A stretch of DNA of 64,000 bases. Origin: Trichoplax sp. H2. Taxonomy: Eukaryota. The stretch's first letter is position 1. Each line of letters begins with the position of its first letter. The stretch spans positions 62,001-126,000 of the forward strand of contig NOWV01000111.1 in assembly GCA_003344405.1 (NCBI GenBank). Reading direction: 5' to 3'. The position numbers and the translations under genes were made by a program. The notes below the pieces were generated by a model. That model was not told the origin of the DNA and searched no databases. It saw only the letters and a program-made list of their open reading frames with translations. This document shows positions 1-13,739 of the stretch, piece by piece.

Positions 1-3000
1 TTCTAATGCTAGTTTTATCCAAACAACCGCACCTCAATCACCTGTACGATTTAATCGATCATTATCATCACCACCAGCATTTAATTCCAATACCGCCATC
101 ACAACGAATAATAAAGTACGCATTAAAGTTGGAACGTTTTGTCAAGCATTCCCTTTTCATATTGTGTTTAATCGTGATTTAAAAATAACCCAAGCTGGCA
201 ATTCAATCCGTCGTGTACTCAAATTACCAGCAGATTTACCTACTGCTAATATTCATTTCAATACTTTATTTCAATTGGATCGTCCACAAATGAGATTTAA
301 CTTTAAAAATGTTATCAGCCATATAAATATTGTTTTCATTATCTCTACAATCAATGAATTATCAGACTCAGCAGCATACCAACATCAACCACAATATACT
401 AATCATAGCCAACAACTCCACCGACAACAAAGTTGCGAAAATTTTGATAATTCTGCAACAGATGATACGAGTAATGGTAGACATCGTCACAATAGTCAGA
501 GTGGAAACTGTGTTTCTAATACTATCAAATTAAAAGGTCAAATGGTTTATGTTCATGAATCTGATAGCATGTTATTTCTGTGCTCGCCAAGGTTTAGTAA
601 TCTGGAAGAATTAACACAGCAAGGATTCTTTCTAAGCGATTTTCCTATCCATGATACAACTCGTGATGTTGTGCTAATGTCTCATATCCAGCGTAATCGT
701 CGTGATTTAGTTCAATTACGTGAACAAGCTACTAATGAATTACAAATATTGGAAATAAAATTAAGGGCAGATAAAAAACGTACCGACGATTTACTCCATT
801 CTATTTTACCAATTCGTATTGTCAATCAACTACGTTTAGCTCCTCGAGATCCCATTCATGAACGTTATGCCATGGTTACGGTACTTTTTAGCGATATCGT
901 GGGTTTTACAGCATTATGTTCATCATCAGATATTGATCCATTGCAAGTTGTACGTATGTTAGATGAATTATACCTGAGCTTTGACGAATTGTGCAATTTT
1001 AACGATGTCTACAAGGTAAGCTGAACCATGTTATATATGTATCATAAAATGAGAATCGCTGCGTAAATTTGTATATTTTGGAATATCAAAATTATTACCT
1101 ATGCTAAAATATTCATGTACTTCTCTAGTTGTGATAGAGAATCCGATAGCGTAGTAAGAATTGATTTAGTAGCTATAGAGATGGAAACAAATATAATTTA
1201 GTAGGACAGCGAATTTATTATTGTGTGTTGTGATCGTGTAAGATTGAAAGTAGTTACTGTAGGTAAGTTGCTAGCTGTTGTAAAATAACATGAAACATGA
1301 GTAAAAATCATTAACAATCATCACAGAATAATGGGTAACTGTAACAATAATAGAAATATGAACTAGATATCACTAATACTTATACCTATGAAATAGAGCA
1401 CATATGGAGAATAGTAACGTAGAATATGCATACTGTAACAGTCAATATTAGATCATTGAAAGCAGTGATGGTAAGGTAATGGGAACCATGCGTAACTAAA
1501 TGCGGTAATTTGTATTCGTATAAAAGTGTGGAAAAACTGCAATTGACCTTTATCTTGAAGAGTAATTAGCCAAAATAATGGTACTGTATAATCTGCATTA
1601 GTGTAATTTTTCCTTTAAGTCTGTGATCTTTAATGATTAAGTGGCAGTTTATATAGCTGCAGCTTATTGGGATAGCGAAATATCTGCCTTGCTAATATAT
1701 TTAAAGTAAGATAGTTATTAATTTCGTAGCAAATTTTACAGCTGTGTTTTTATATTTGTTGTAAGATATTTCTTCAACCTCACGAGCTTAAGATATGAAA
1801 GTTAAAGTTATCCTTGCCTCAATAGCAATTTTTTTATAGCTATAATTTATCACTAACTGAATAGGTGGAAACGATTGGCGATGCGTATATGATAGTTAGT
1901 GGTGTGCCTGATCCATGTTTCAATCATGCTAATAAGGTAATAAGTATGGCATTCGATATGATGGATGTGACCAAAGGAGTCCTATCGCCGGTAGATAAAT
2001 CGCCTATTAAGGTAAAAGTTATAATATTTAGATATCATTAAGCGCATTAGTGTAACCATATCGCTTAAATTTTCTATTATCAAATGAGTATTAACTACCA
2101 GTACCGATAACGATAAACTATTATCTTAACCATAACTATCCATAGGAGCAATATTTTAATTATAAGATAGCTACTAAATTGCGGTAAAATGGATTTAATT
2201 TCAGATTCAACTAGTATCATCCGCAGCTCTATACACGAATTTTATTAAATGCTCCAATCATTGATTATATAATTACTAACAAATGTGATTAATTAATGGG
2301 AAAGTATGACAATTAAAAGTCGTTGAAAGAAATAGAAAACATTAACAAATATAACAAAAACATCTTAATAGAGCAGCAAGTTTCGATACAGTACAATGAT
2401 GAGTTAATTCAGAATTTAGTAATTCAGTATCAGAGATTATTTTAATCATTTAAAATAATTACACCTAGAGTAGAGACTTTATAATGACACTTGACATAAT
2501 TTACACATGTTTGTAGACCGTAATTGCATCTTAAGCTTCAGTGGCTTACTAGGAGTGAAATATTTCTTTATTAATAGTGAATAGGAGAATAGCACTAGCA
2601 GTTAAATAAATAATATTTTTATTCTAGCCATAAGGTTTAAGGCAATTCGTAAATCCCTGTCTACTAATTAATCCTATTTACACTTACATTTTCGTACTTT
2701 AAATACCACTCAGCATTATCGACCTCTATTCTAAGGTTGTACGGTACTAAATAAAATAAATAATTTCAATTAGTATGGTAGAGGCTTTATAACGATGCTT
2801 GACATGATTAACTCATACTCGTAAACTATAATTACATTTTTAAGTTTTGGCAACATACTAGAAAAGAAATTTTACGATAATAACGGTGAACAAAAGTATT
2901 ACATTAGAGTTAATAAAATGAAATCCTATTTTTACCCCGAGGTTTAAAGGCAATTAGAAAATCCTGGCTATTTATCAAATCTATTTGTACTTGAATTTTC

Positions 3001-3993
3001 GTACTTTAGAAGCCTCTCAGTATTATCTGTTTTTTATTATAAGACCGTAAGATATCTAATAAAATAAGTAATTTTCAATTAAGAATAAAAGCTACGTAAC
3101 GTTAGCTTTCTACTGATGAGCTGATATAGTATGTTATCGATTTTTCTACATCCTAATATACTAAATCAATGAAAAAATTTCAATTACTATTGCAAGCTAA
3201 AGCGTAATTAGAAAACGCTAGCCGTTGATCAATCAACCGATCTAGGGTGTTATCTAAATCTTTATGTACAGCTATAACTTACTAAATAAGTCAAATAAGT
3301 TTCCATCAGTATTTTAAACTGCTAATCAAATCGGCCAATCAGAAATTGAATTTTTAATCCTTTTCTATCGAAATCCACATTTAGATCAGAATAGGTATCC
3401 ATTCCGGTCCTGCTATAGCTGGCGTGGTTGGACAGAAAATGCCTCGATATTGCTTATTCGGTAGTACGGTAACTAATGCAAGTAAAGTTGAATCTGGCAG
3501 TCAAGAGGGAAGAATTAATATCAGTGAAACAACTAAAATGTAAGAAATGTTATAATCATCATCAATACAACTTTAACAATAAGTCTTAGTATAGTAGGGT
3601 AAATGATATCGCTTGACTTTGAGTTATTGAGATAGCGTACCTTTGATATCTGATATTTTTGACCTTTCAACAATAATTCAATCTAGGTCGATTGCAGATA
3701 CAACTCCCTACCTTTTTGAACAAAATTATAATCAAAGCCTCAATATGCCTTGCTACTTCATTGATCTTGACCCAAATAACCTATCCCACGATAGCCAAAA
3801 ACGAACTATGACGCGTAATCTATCGATTGATCCTGCGCTAAAACAGGGTATTTTCCGATCTCCTAGGCCTAGCCCATCACAAACGCCAGGCGAATCACCA
3901 GTAATTACGCCCCCAATGTCACCAACATCTCCACATTTAACTAAAATCTTGTTAGATATTTCCAATTTGCCCGCTATTAATTCTCAACCGTGA
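1..3993 (+). CDS. sGC-1: soluble guanylate cyclase subunit, 5'-truncated (H-NOX lies outside window); beta/beta2-like scaffold with alpha-type catalytic residues
   Basis: Exons <1-1015 (frame open from nt 2; [16 protein letters not shown]...LKGQM...PIHDTTRD...FSDIVGFT...VYK), 1865-2011 ([15 protein letters not shown]...), 3385-3539 ([37 protein letters not shown]...), 3687-3993 (stop TGA). All junctions are GT-AG and phase-compatible. Confidence 0.93.
2440..3085. repeat. Two diverged tandem copies of a ~308-bp unit in a sGC-1 intron
   Basis: Anchors gtagag(a/g)ctttataa at ~2469/2778, aggtttaa..ggcaatt at ~2633/2940, attttcgtacttta at ~2688/2995. Confidence 0.85.
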
Positions 3994-6049
3994 GATTGAG
4001 GTCGTTTGCATATGTTCGACAACATCACGGATTGATGTAAATAATTGCTACCTTAATGGGATTCGATGAAGTCTAATTATAACCTCAATCCAGCCACGTT
4101 AATCAAGATGTAGAATACTTTATAATTATACACTTATTCAGATGGAACTAATTCTTAACTCTTTTAGACGATAGCTAACCATTGAGAAGCGAATCTTATA
4201 ATTTTATAAACAGTATTTTTGATTACCAGAAATACTAATATGTTAATTGCATATTGCCTGTATTATTTACTTGATTACTTTTAATTTGTTTAATTGATGG
4301 ATTGATTATATAGTGACAAAGAAAACAGTTTTAATTCTGTCTTTACAAATTAGCCATAATAAGTGTGGCAAAATCGATTTGACTGATCTAATAACTAGAT
4401 TCATACATTCATTGGATTGAATATTTCTTCCTATTTCTATCAACTTCTTTAACTGTTTCGAAGACTCTTAACAGATATCAAAGCAATTTCAAATTGTTTA
4501 AAAAATACTAAACGTAAATTGAATGAATACTTAGCACTATCTTTACGTCCGTAAAAATAATTAAGGTTGGGATGATATCCAACAATCTGTAAGAAAATTT
4601 TAGTGATATTATAAATATAGCTCAAAATAGTATTATTTTCATTGAGTAGAAGATTTAATCTTAAATTTAACTGAATTTAGCAAGTTTCCAATCATCTTGA
4701 CAAGCATCTTAATGCTATTACTTAATATTTAATCTTATTATCTTAGGTTAATCAATAAGGGATTTCTAAGATTCTCTCAACTAGCTTCCAACTATGACTA
4801 TAAAAGTAGAAAATAAATAGAAATGATAGAATTGTATTAAATTATTAAACTATTTCAACTGTCTCAATATATTCTTAATCGATTACACCAAAGCTGCAAC
4901 AAATTCAGCAATCATCATTGTAATTTATTTTGTACCACTTTTGCATTATAATAGTGGTAACTAATACAATCAACTTCTGGCAGTAATTTCAGGTCATAAT
5001 TTATAATCTGCTCTTGTTCAGAATATTTATCCATGCAATGATGTTTGAATCTATTTTAAGCAATTTGGATCGAAATCTTAAATTAGTAATTGATATGCTT
5101 TCAATCTCCATCCATAACAAGAATATCGTAGATGATATTTGAATCCTTTTTTAATAATTGATTATTTTAATTTAACACATCATAAGTTTAATCACTTTTG
5201 ATAACATTTAATATAATACACTTCAACCTAAAACACTTTTAAAGCGCTTTAAACTTCCAAGGTAGCTATAGTTTCCATCACTAGACATAGCGTTCAATAT
5301 ATGGACTTATGTGATATAATTGATCACTAAATTTCAAAATTTATAGAAAATTAGAACTTTGCTAGATCTTCATACGAAGATAATCTGTACAAAGCCCACT
5401 CTAGCAGAATAAAACTTCTAGAAAGATTTCTGAACAGAACACAGAATAACCTAAAGTTGCCCGCTTAAGTTCTTTTCGTAACATTTGCAGCTACAACCGG
5501 CATAACTACACTCTACCTTATTTTACAACTATTTATACAACAACAAATACTGCTAGGCTAAACAATTGTTAGCTCTAGCAAGGTAGTAGTTAATGAGCTA
5601 CTTATTAGTAACAACATTTTATAGCAGTCCATCTATAATCTAATATGGTAAAAGCTACAGTATTTATACTGACATTATTTATGCTAGCAAAAAGTATGAT
5701 GAACTAACCATATCTAAAGGTATGAGTTAAGTACCTATTTTACCACTGGTACTTATAGTGATTCAACGCTCTACTGCGTATGGCCATGCATACTATAACA
5801 TAGAATTTCAATTACAGTCCATGGTTTTGTGCTAATAAATATGCCTTGAAATAAATATTTAGAGAAATCTACACTGCTGTACATCATGCTAGACATAGCT
5901 TATATTCTATAATCTACTGTTTACTTAGTTATGTTACAACTTTAAATTTTCTTGAAATATGACTAGCTAACATCAATCTTCTAATATACTATTGTAATTT
6001 TTCATATAAGACGTTTATAGCCGGATTTTAAAATATTTTTAATATAGTT

Positions 6050-6675
6050 AGGGGTATTAATATAGCTATATTTTCAATTCATATTTGCAGTATTCAATTT
6101 TTAGATTGTTATACACTGTAATATCGAGATTATAGTAGAAACATGTTCGGATAATTTTGTTGATTTACCCTTATATGGAGAGTTTCTAATTTAGACTTGT
6201 AATATTTAAATATAGCACTAGCTTTTATAGTGATACATACAGCCTATTGAAATTAGTAGTTTAATTAGGGAATCGAAAATAATCTTCTTACTATTCAAAT
6301 CACTGTGATTGTAATTTGCTCATGGTAGATTTTAGATTATCGTAGAAATGTTACGTGATAGGGCATATTGTAATCTGACAATTTTGCAATAGTCATTCGA
6401 TGTCTATGTTCGTAAATACTGTTGTTTTCATTAGGTAGCAGTAGATAAAATTAGTTTTTGATTGATTATCAGGTTTCAAAGTTAATAATACTACTAACTA
6501 GGATGTCTTTGCTATTATAAAAGAGTGTATAAATGCGATGAATCGTATAATAAAGTTAATTTTTATGATTAGTTTTTAACGTAAGATACGAGGCGTCTAA
6601 GTCTTTTTGTAGTCTACTAGTATAGGAAAAGTATTCCTGAAAGAGTAGATCTTGTTGCAAAGCTGTTTTGTAACA
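6050..6675 (+). repeat. Left arm of a ~620-bp diverged inverted repeat (partner 9960-10610)
   Basis: tgtctatgttcgtaaatactgttgt (6401-6425) is the exact reverse complement of ~10266-10290, and colinear similarity extends in both directions. Confidence 0.9.
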
Positions 6676-9600
6676 TCGATATACAGTAATTAATTTCTTA
6701 TTTCACCTCTAAGAAGCCTATCTTTAAATTAAAGCTAATTAAAGCTAATTTGAATTCGAGATCGTGAGGAATAACTCAAATGAAAATTTATAAATAATAG
6801 ACGTAACTACTAATCTGCTATTTATGAGGTTAACAAAGCAACGTAGATTAATTTTAGACTAGAATTGGTATTATCATGTAACTACTTTATCTACATCTTT
6901 CTAATGTTGTCCTCAACATTCAAAAAAGCAATGCAGTATTATAGCTGTATCAACGCTCAAATGGTATTAGCTTGTATTTAATTTTGTCTAAAATGAAGCT
7001 GTCTTCTTCTAAATCTGCCATGCAGTAAATTGGTAGTATTTTAAGGCAACAGTTAAACTCTTTCTGAAGCTTATTGCCGAACTAGTCGACTCGCCTCTTT
7101 AATCAATTCAGATAGATATCGATCCGTCAATTGAAGAAATTTCGAATGAAATTACCGCATAATCAATCTTTGATTTTTAATGATACTTTTCTAAGGTGAA
7201 TCATATTTTAGAAAATATTTCTATATCTGGTCAATAATTTTATGCGATAGCACCATTAATTGAAAGTCATTACCTCACCATCGGCCTGTTTAAATGTTAT
7301 TTATGAACTTGATTCTAGAGAAAGATTGTCTATAATAGACTTGAAAAACTATTACATTGCATGTATCTAATTTTTTCTCTCATTGCCCTTTTTTGTATCT
7401 CATCAATAAATTAATTAAGAATAATTAATTTATGATCTCTTTGCCAATCCAACCCTTTATTACCAGCTACTATTACATCATCAAGACTTAATAAGAATAT
7501 CATATAAGGTTTCGCCTATTTTTGACCGATGTCATAATCAATTTCATGACGACGTTTTAATAAAGAAATAGAAAATACCGCGAATACTAGCTTTGTGGCG
7601 AAAACTTCTTACTGCTGTATCGCTTTTAGCATTGACCATCTCCTACGAATAGCCCAGTGGTCACGGTAATGCTGTGCTGTACTTAGACTAAATATGGAAC
7701 ATCAAATTTTATTATATTCTAAATAGAACGTGGTTTAACACCAATTGGTATTACTTGTATGATATTATAAAGACATATTATCTACAAAGATACATATTAA
7801 ATAATTATATCGAATCGAATTCTAAACCTAAGCCATTAGTAAACGTAAATTACAATTGATCTATCAAAAAATTACTGCGGTATATCATTCAGGCTTTAAG
7901 TATTATAGAGCAAATAAATATCAAAAATTCTATTGGAGAGTAAGATTAATGTTCAAGTGATGATTAGCTAAATTTTAATGAATGCCATGCTAAAATATGT
8001 CTATAAATTTTCTATTAATTTTATTTGTATATCATTCCACGTTACGGTGTAAAGAAACAGTGACACATAAAGTTTAAAAGCAACGAAACTTCAATACTAA
8101 ATGAAGATATGTCGACTTTTAATTTCATATTTGGCCTATCATGTTGCATTAATGTTACTAAACACTGGAGATTCATTTTATGTACTTTATAAGTATATCA
8201 GTAAAGAATTAAATTGTGGTGGATCTTGAGGTTGATTGGTGATACTTTTCATGAAATGCAGCTCACCCTTTGCTACTAATTAATTGACTTATTGAAAGTA
8301 GCACAGTACATATATTAGCAGAGTAATTGAATAATCTTGTGAAGCAATGCCGAAGAAGTCTTAAGACTTTCCATTTTATAAGATTCTAGCTGTAACAGTA
8401 ACGGATCCTTTTGTAACTTAGCAGCATCGTACTATACAGATATTTAAGTTTCTAAATTCCTAGACACGACACAGACAAGCATTTTGATAACATAACATGT
8501 TGATAATTCGTAATATATGATTATCATAACTTATAAGTTATCTATTGTAATTATAATTATCAGACATGGCATTACGCTACGGTTCGGATTTAGTGTATTA
8601 GTGTGACGATACACATATTTTAATGATTATTCGCGACATAATAATCATTCATTTGTAGAAACTAGATTAATCTGAAAATAGGTGATCATTTAATAATATT
8701 GACGAGATGTAGTTTACAAATCTTATTAAATGTGAAGTAATACAACAAATATTTGTTAACGTTTGTGATAACATCATCCGCCCTATATCAAGAACAATGG
8801 ATATCTTAACAACATTGAGCGGATTTACCAATAAAAAACACCGCTATGATATTAATACAGCAATCGTATCTATATGCCTCTAATTTCAATCATTTATGTT
8901 AGAGATGAAATGAAATAGAACACGATCTTATACACCATAAATAATTATCAGATTTCGTTTGATAGCTAAAATTAAATTATGCGGCAAGTATTTGTCAGTA
9001 AGTTAAAATCAGTTTAATTACGAATTTAGAAGTTACAAATAAAATTATGAATAATTTCAATTTATTTTATTTCCTATCGAATTATGAATAATATCTCCTC
9101 CTTTCCCATAATTATGCTTAGTAGATGCATTATATTATAATTCAGAGCCATGATTCTGAGCTGCTAATTAATCGAGCTTATATAATCTAGGAAAGTAACC
9201 GCAATTTTTTATCTGGATTCCACAGTAACTCGAAAAATCTTATTCAGAACCCTTATGATATTTTATATTTTAACGTTCAGAGATATAAGCATTAATAAAT
9301 ATAAACTCCAAAAGCTTAGGAACATCAGCTTTTATTGTATGCATATTCGCCATTTTATTCTTAAGATTTCTAAATTTATTAGCATCCATTCCAATTTACA
9401 GTAGGCAAGATTCAATTATTGTATATCATGATTATCCTAAGTATGCTAGCATAAATTTAAGGAGAGATTTTCTTAGTATCAATTAGCTTTGGAATTAAGA
9501 TTCGAGTGTATCGTGCGTGACAGTATAAATATTATAAAAATCGACTCGCTTTCATCACGAGCATTCTAAACAAACATGTTACATTTAAATAGAGTTTCTG

Positions 9601-9959
9601 AAAGGAGCTATTAATGTAGGGCTTAGATTATAGGAATTTAAAATAACATATCAATGTGCTATGAAGGTTCGATCAATCAGCCCTAGGTTTAAAAATTTTA
9701 GTAGCACCATTTCTTATCCGAACATAAAATGATTTCATCCCCAATCATGATCATACTCAGCAAGTATACTTTTTGATATGGTTAAAAATAAGGAGTTATT
9801 ATATATGAGCATTAACCAACTAGCATACATACAATTTTAAACTATAGCAAGCATCGAATTCCATCTTGGCATAATAATATTCTGACGTTTATCCAATTAG
9901 CTATGCTAGTAATATTGACATAAACTAAAAGACGGCGCTAAGAAAGTATCACTCTATTA

Positions 9960-10610
9960 GCTTGTCACAAAACAGATTTGCAACAAGATAACGCAATATA
10001 CGATCAATAAGTCAACTCCTTGAACCACGTATCAAGGAACGATATCTGTACTATCAGAAACACTTTTGCTCTACTAGCAGACTACACAAAAACTTAAACG
10101 CCTCGTATTTTACGTTAAAAGCTAAGTGGAAAATTCTCTTTATTTCACGATATACTGCATTTATATACTATTCCTCAATAGTTCATGAGTCATAGTTAAT
10201 ACATTTAACATTAGAATCATTTACTGAATTAGATATTAATTATAGCTACTGCTCCCTTAACGCAGACAACAGTATTTACGAACATAGACATGCAATGACT
10301 AATACAGAATAGTCAGATTACGATATGTCCTATCACGGAACATTTCTATGATAATTTACAATCTAGCATAAGTAAATTACAATCACAATGATTCGAACTG
10401 TAAGTAGATGATTTGCATTCCCTATTATAACTATTAATTTCAGTATGTGTATAGGTGTCACTGTCACAAAAAGTCAGTACTATATTAAAACACAGTATTT
10501 CCAAATTAGAAGTTAACTAAATAAGGATAGTCTAACAGAATTATCCAAACATAGATACTTCTACTGTAATAAAGTATATAACACTGTAACATAGCTATTT
10601 AATAATTCCC
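9960..10610 (-). repeat. Right arm of the inverted repeat (partner 6050-6675)
   Basis: The reverse complement matches 6050-6675 colinearly (e.g. cgcctcgtattttacgttaaaa vs ttttaacgtaagatacgaggcg), with a ~55-nt insertion near 9990-10045. Confidence 0.9.
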
Positions 10611-11049
10611 GAAGATGCATTAAAGAAATTATTTGCTGTTTGCCAAAACTCACTAAATAAATTGGTGTCATTTTAATCTTGCTAGGGGTCGCTTAGTTCA
10701 GCCTAGGATTTGAAAATTTAGTAACCTTATTTTCGATAAAGCCGTAAAATCATTCGATATTACTCATCGCAACTGACTGAAGTAATTATAATATTTAATA
10801 AAGATATAAGAAATTTGGCAAAATCGCTTTCTTGTTAATTAGAACATGTTTCATAGCGTAAGTCTATAGACGCTACCATACTTTTACTAAAAGAGTATAT
10901 GATATTGATATTAAACCCAGTCCAGGATTGAGAAATTTAGCACATCGTTTCCATCTCATTCACGTTTCGATAGCATTGCTCACATTTGTACTAAAGTGCA
11001 TGATATTAACATCTCGTCAAGTATATTTTTCTTTCAAAGCCATATCAAG

Positions 11050-12820
11050 CAATTCACTGGATTAAAGAATCTCAAAAATTTTAAAATCACCGTATAATTT
11101 AGATAGCGAATCGCTATAATTTCTTAGATGCAAATCATAACTGCGCTAAATTTGTTACCGTTATTCTTGAAAAATTCAGTAAAATATCCACCAATCAGCT
11201 TCAACTTAACTTGGAGAATCCCCATAATTTTAGATATCATTTTTTTCTAATCTAGATATCTAAATTATTCCTTTAGCACTTCTTATGAATATACCGAATT
11301 TATTGACGTAAATTGATAGAAAATTCTCTTAAATATCTATTAGTCTTAACAGTCTTAACCTAACTTCGAGAATTTTTACGACTTAAAACCTTATTTTCAA
11401 TCTAGATATCTGAGCTTTGGCATTTCATCGACTTTCGTCATAATGATACTAAATTTGTTAACAAACATAATCAAGGACCTATCAGTTAGCCTCAAAATAA
11501 CCTAGAGAATGTCTACCGTTTTAGAAACTTCATTTTCAATCTAGATATCTAGACTTCGTCGTTTCATCGATGGTTAACATAGCGATACTAGATATATTAA
11601 TGTGATTCTATGGAAGCCACTGTTAAGGATCCCACGGTCAGTCGCAACCTAACTTGGCAATTCTATACAATTTTGAAAACACAATTTCCAATCAAGATAC
11701 GCAAAAAAATTATCGATGTTCATCATGCTATGTTCAATTTATTGACATGCTCGTAATTTAATGTTGAAAAGCACTGCTAAATACCCATCCATCTCACTCT
11801 GATTGTGAAAATGCCCACTATTTTGGAAGCATTATTTTCTATCGAAACAGCTTAATAACAAGATGACTATGCTCAAGTCGTTAGCATAATTTGACGATAA
11901 ACCCTATTAACTATCCTTCAATCAACTGCGGCCTTAAACACTGTAAAGAAGTCATCAGTTAACCCGAACCTAGTTTAGAGCATCTCTCACATTCTGGAAA
12001 CACCATTCCATCGACCTTGATCATACTACTTTTAACCTGTTGACGTAATTCAATGTTGGAAAGCGTTGTTAAATATTGATCCATCTCAATATAGTTGCGA
12101 AATTATTTACCACCTTAGAACCATCATTTTCGATCCAAAGAGCTTAATAACGTCATGGCTATTACTGATAACAATTCTTAAATTGTTAGCATATTTTGAT
12201 GGAAAACCCTATTAATCATCCTTCGATCAACTATGAAACACTACTAATCACCCATTAGTCAGCCTCAAATTAACTTAGAGAATCTCTAGCATTCTGGTAA
12301 CATCACTTCATCGACATTCATCATACTACATTCAATCGGTTGATGCTATTCGATGTTGGAAAGCGCTGAGAAGTATTCATCTATTTCAATCTAGCTGCGA
12401 AAATATCCACTACTTTGGAACCATCATATTCTATCTAAACAGCTCTATAATATTATGAATGTTGCTGATAATTACACTTAAATTGGTGATATTATTTGAT
12501 GGAAAACGACACCAACCATCCATCGATTAACCATCATACAGTAGTAAGGACCCATCATTCAAACCTAACCTAACTTGGAAAATCTCCTACCATTCTGGAA
12601 ACGTCATTCCATCGATGTTGATCATACTGCGTTCAATTTGTTAACGTAGCTCAATCTTGAATATGCATCCATCTCACTTTAACCGAGAAAATGTCCATAC
12701 TTTAGAACGAGCATTTTCTATCTACACAGCTCAAAAATATCATGGATGTTACGGATAACTGCTCAAATTGTTGACATAATTTGATAAAAAAACTCTATTG
12801 ACTATCTATCAATCAACTTG
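11050..12820. repeat. Degenerate tandem array: ~140-150-bp monomers grading into a ~300-bp higher-order dimer
   Basis: tctagatatc at 11251, 11401, 11540 (variant 11692); taacttgg-like anchor at ~11650, 11971, 12271, 12571; atgttggaaagcg at ~12053 and 12353. Confidence 0.88.
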
Positions 12821-13124
12821 GAGAATTGAAGAATCAAAGAAATGCCGAGATGATGGTTGCAATTTGCATTCCTCTCCTATAATGGATCATGTACCTACTC
12901 TACGTTATCCGATCAATCGATTGTCCAAACAAATATCAAGCTAGATCAATAACATCAACATGAAAGATTGTCAACAGATATTCAATCCATCCCCTTGTAG
13001 CTCGAAATTGATTGAAATTGGAGCCTAGCAGTATTCTAATGAGGGCATACTAACATGCAAGGTCCCATTTCTACTTAACACACAACTCATCATGTTTGCT
13101 AGAATGATGCCATGTCATAACAAT

Positions 13125-13739
13125 AAGCTTAGCCAATGGAATTGTCTCCTTGGTTGTCACGTGGTAAGATGGAAATCTAAAAAGCAAGATCAAAAAAGAA
13201 CGATGGCCGACAAAGGCATGTTGTAAGAAGAAGGCAATTGATCAATTGCAGGAATACTATTTGGATAAGGGATTCATTACCTCTCAACTTGATCATCCTA
13301 CACCTCTATACAAAGATTGTAATTAGCGAGAGAGAGAGAGAGAGCTTGATCATCAAGTTGATCAAGTTGAAGTTGAAAGTAGAACTTGAAAGAGTACCGT
13401 ATCTAATTTTTATCTAACGTTCATCAATACTACAGCAAGTAGGGATTGATAAATCCAGTTGATTAAAGAAAGAAACATCGGATATCGTCCAATTCTTTTC
13501 TAGTTAAAGCTATCTTGACATGAAGAATAGAATATAGTTTGGTTATGACCTTTAGCCTTTACCCAAGTTGAAATTTTCATCCAATTATTGGCTTCGTAAG
13601 ACGTTGCAATTTAACAACCATCATTGCTTCAATTGGATACCGACATCGTTTGACTTAATAATTGATTTGCTTGTTGGTTGGTTACCAGCAAGTCGGAAAG
13701 TGTTCATTTTCATTGATCAGTCCATTCCCAAAGGTAAGT
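13125..13739 (+). promoter_or_regulatory. Candidate promoter and non-coding first exon (probably of sGC-2)
   Basis: AGCCAAT (CCAAT 13133-13137), CACGTG E-box 13158-13163, (GA)8 tract 13328-13344, and a strong donor AAG|gtaagt at 13733. The segment is unique sequence between two tandem arrays. Assignment to sGC-2 is inference. Confidence 0.35.

Noticed and set aside
3940-3966. D-box-like TKILLDISN in the sGC-1 tail
   Set aside because: Lacks the Arg at the first position of RxxL; too weak to call.
4980-5462. Weak inverted similarity (ttctgaaca...) suggesting a MITE
   Set aside because: Only short patchy matches that could not be extended.
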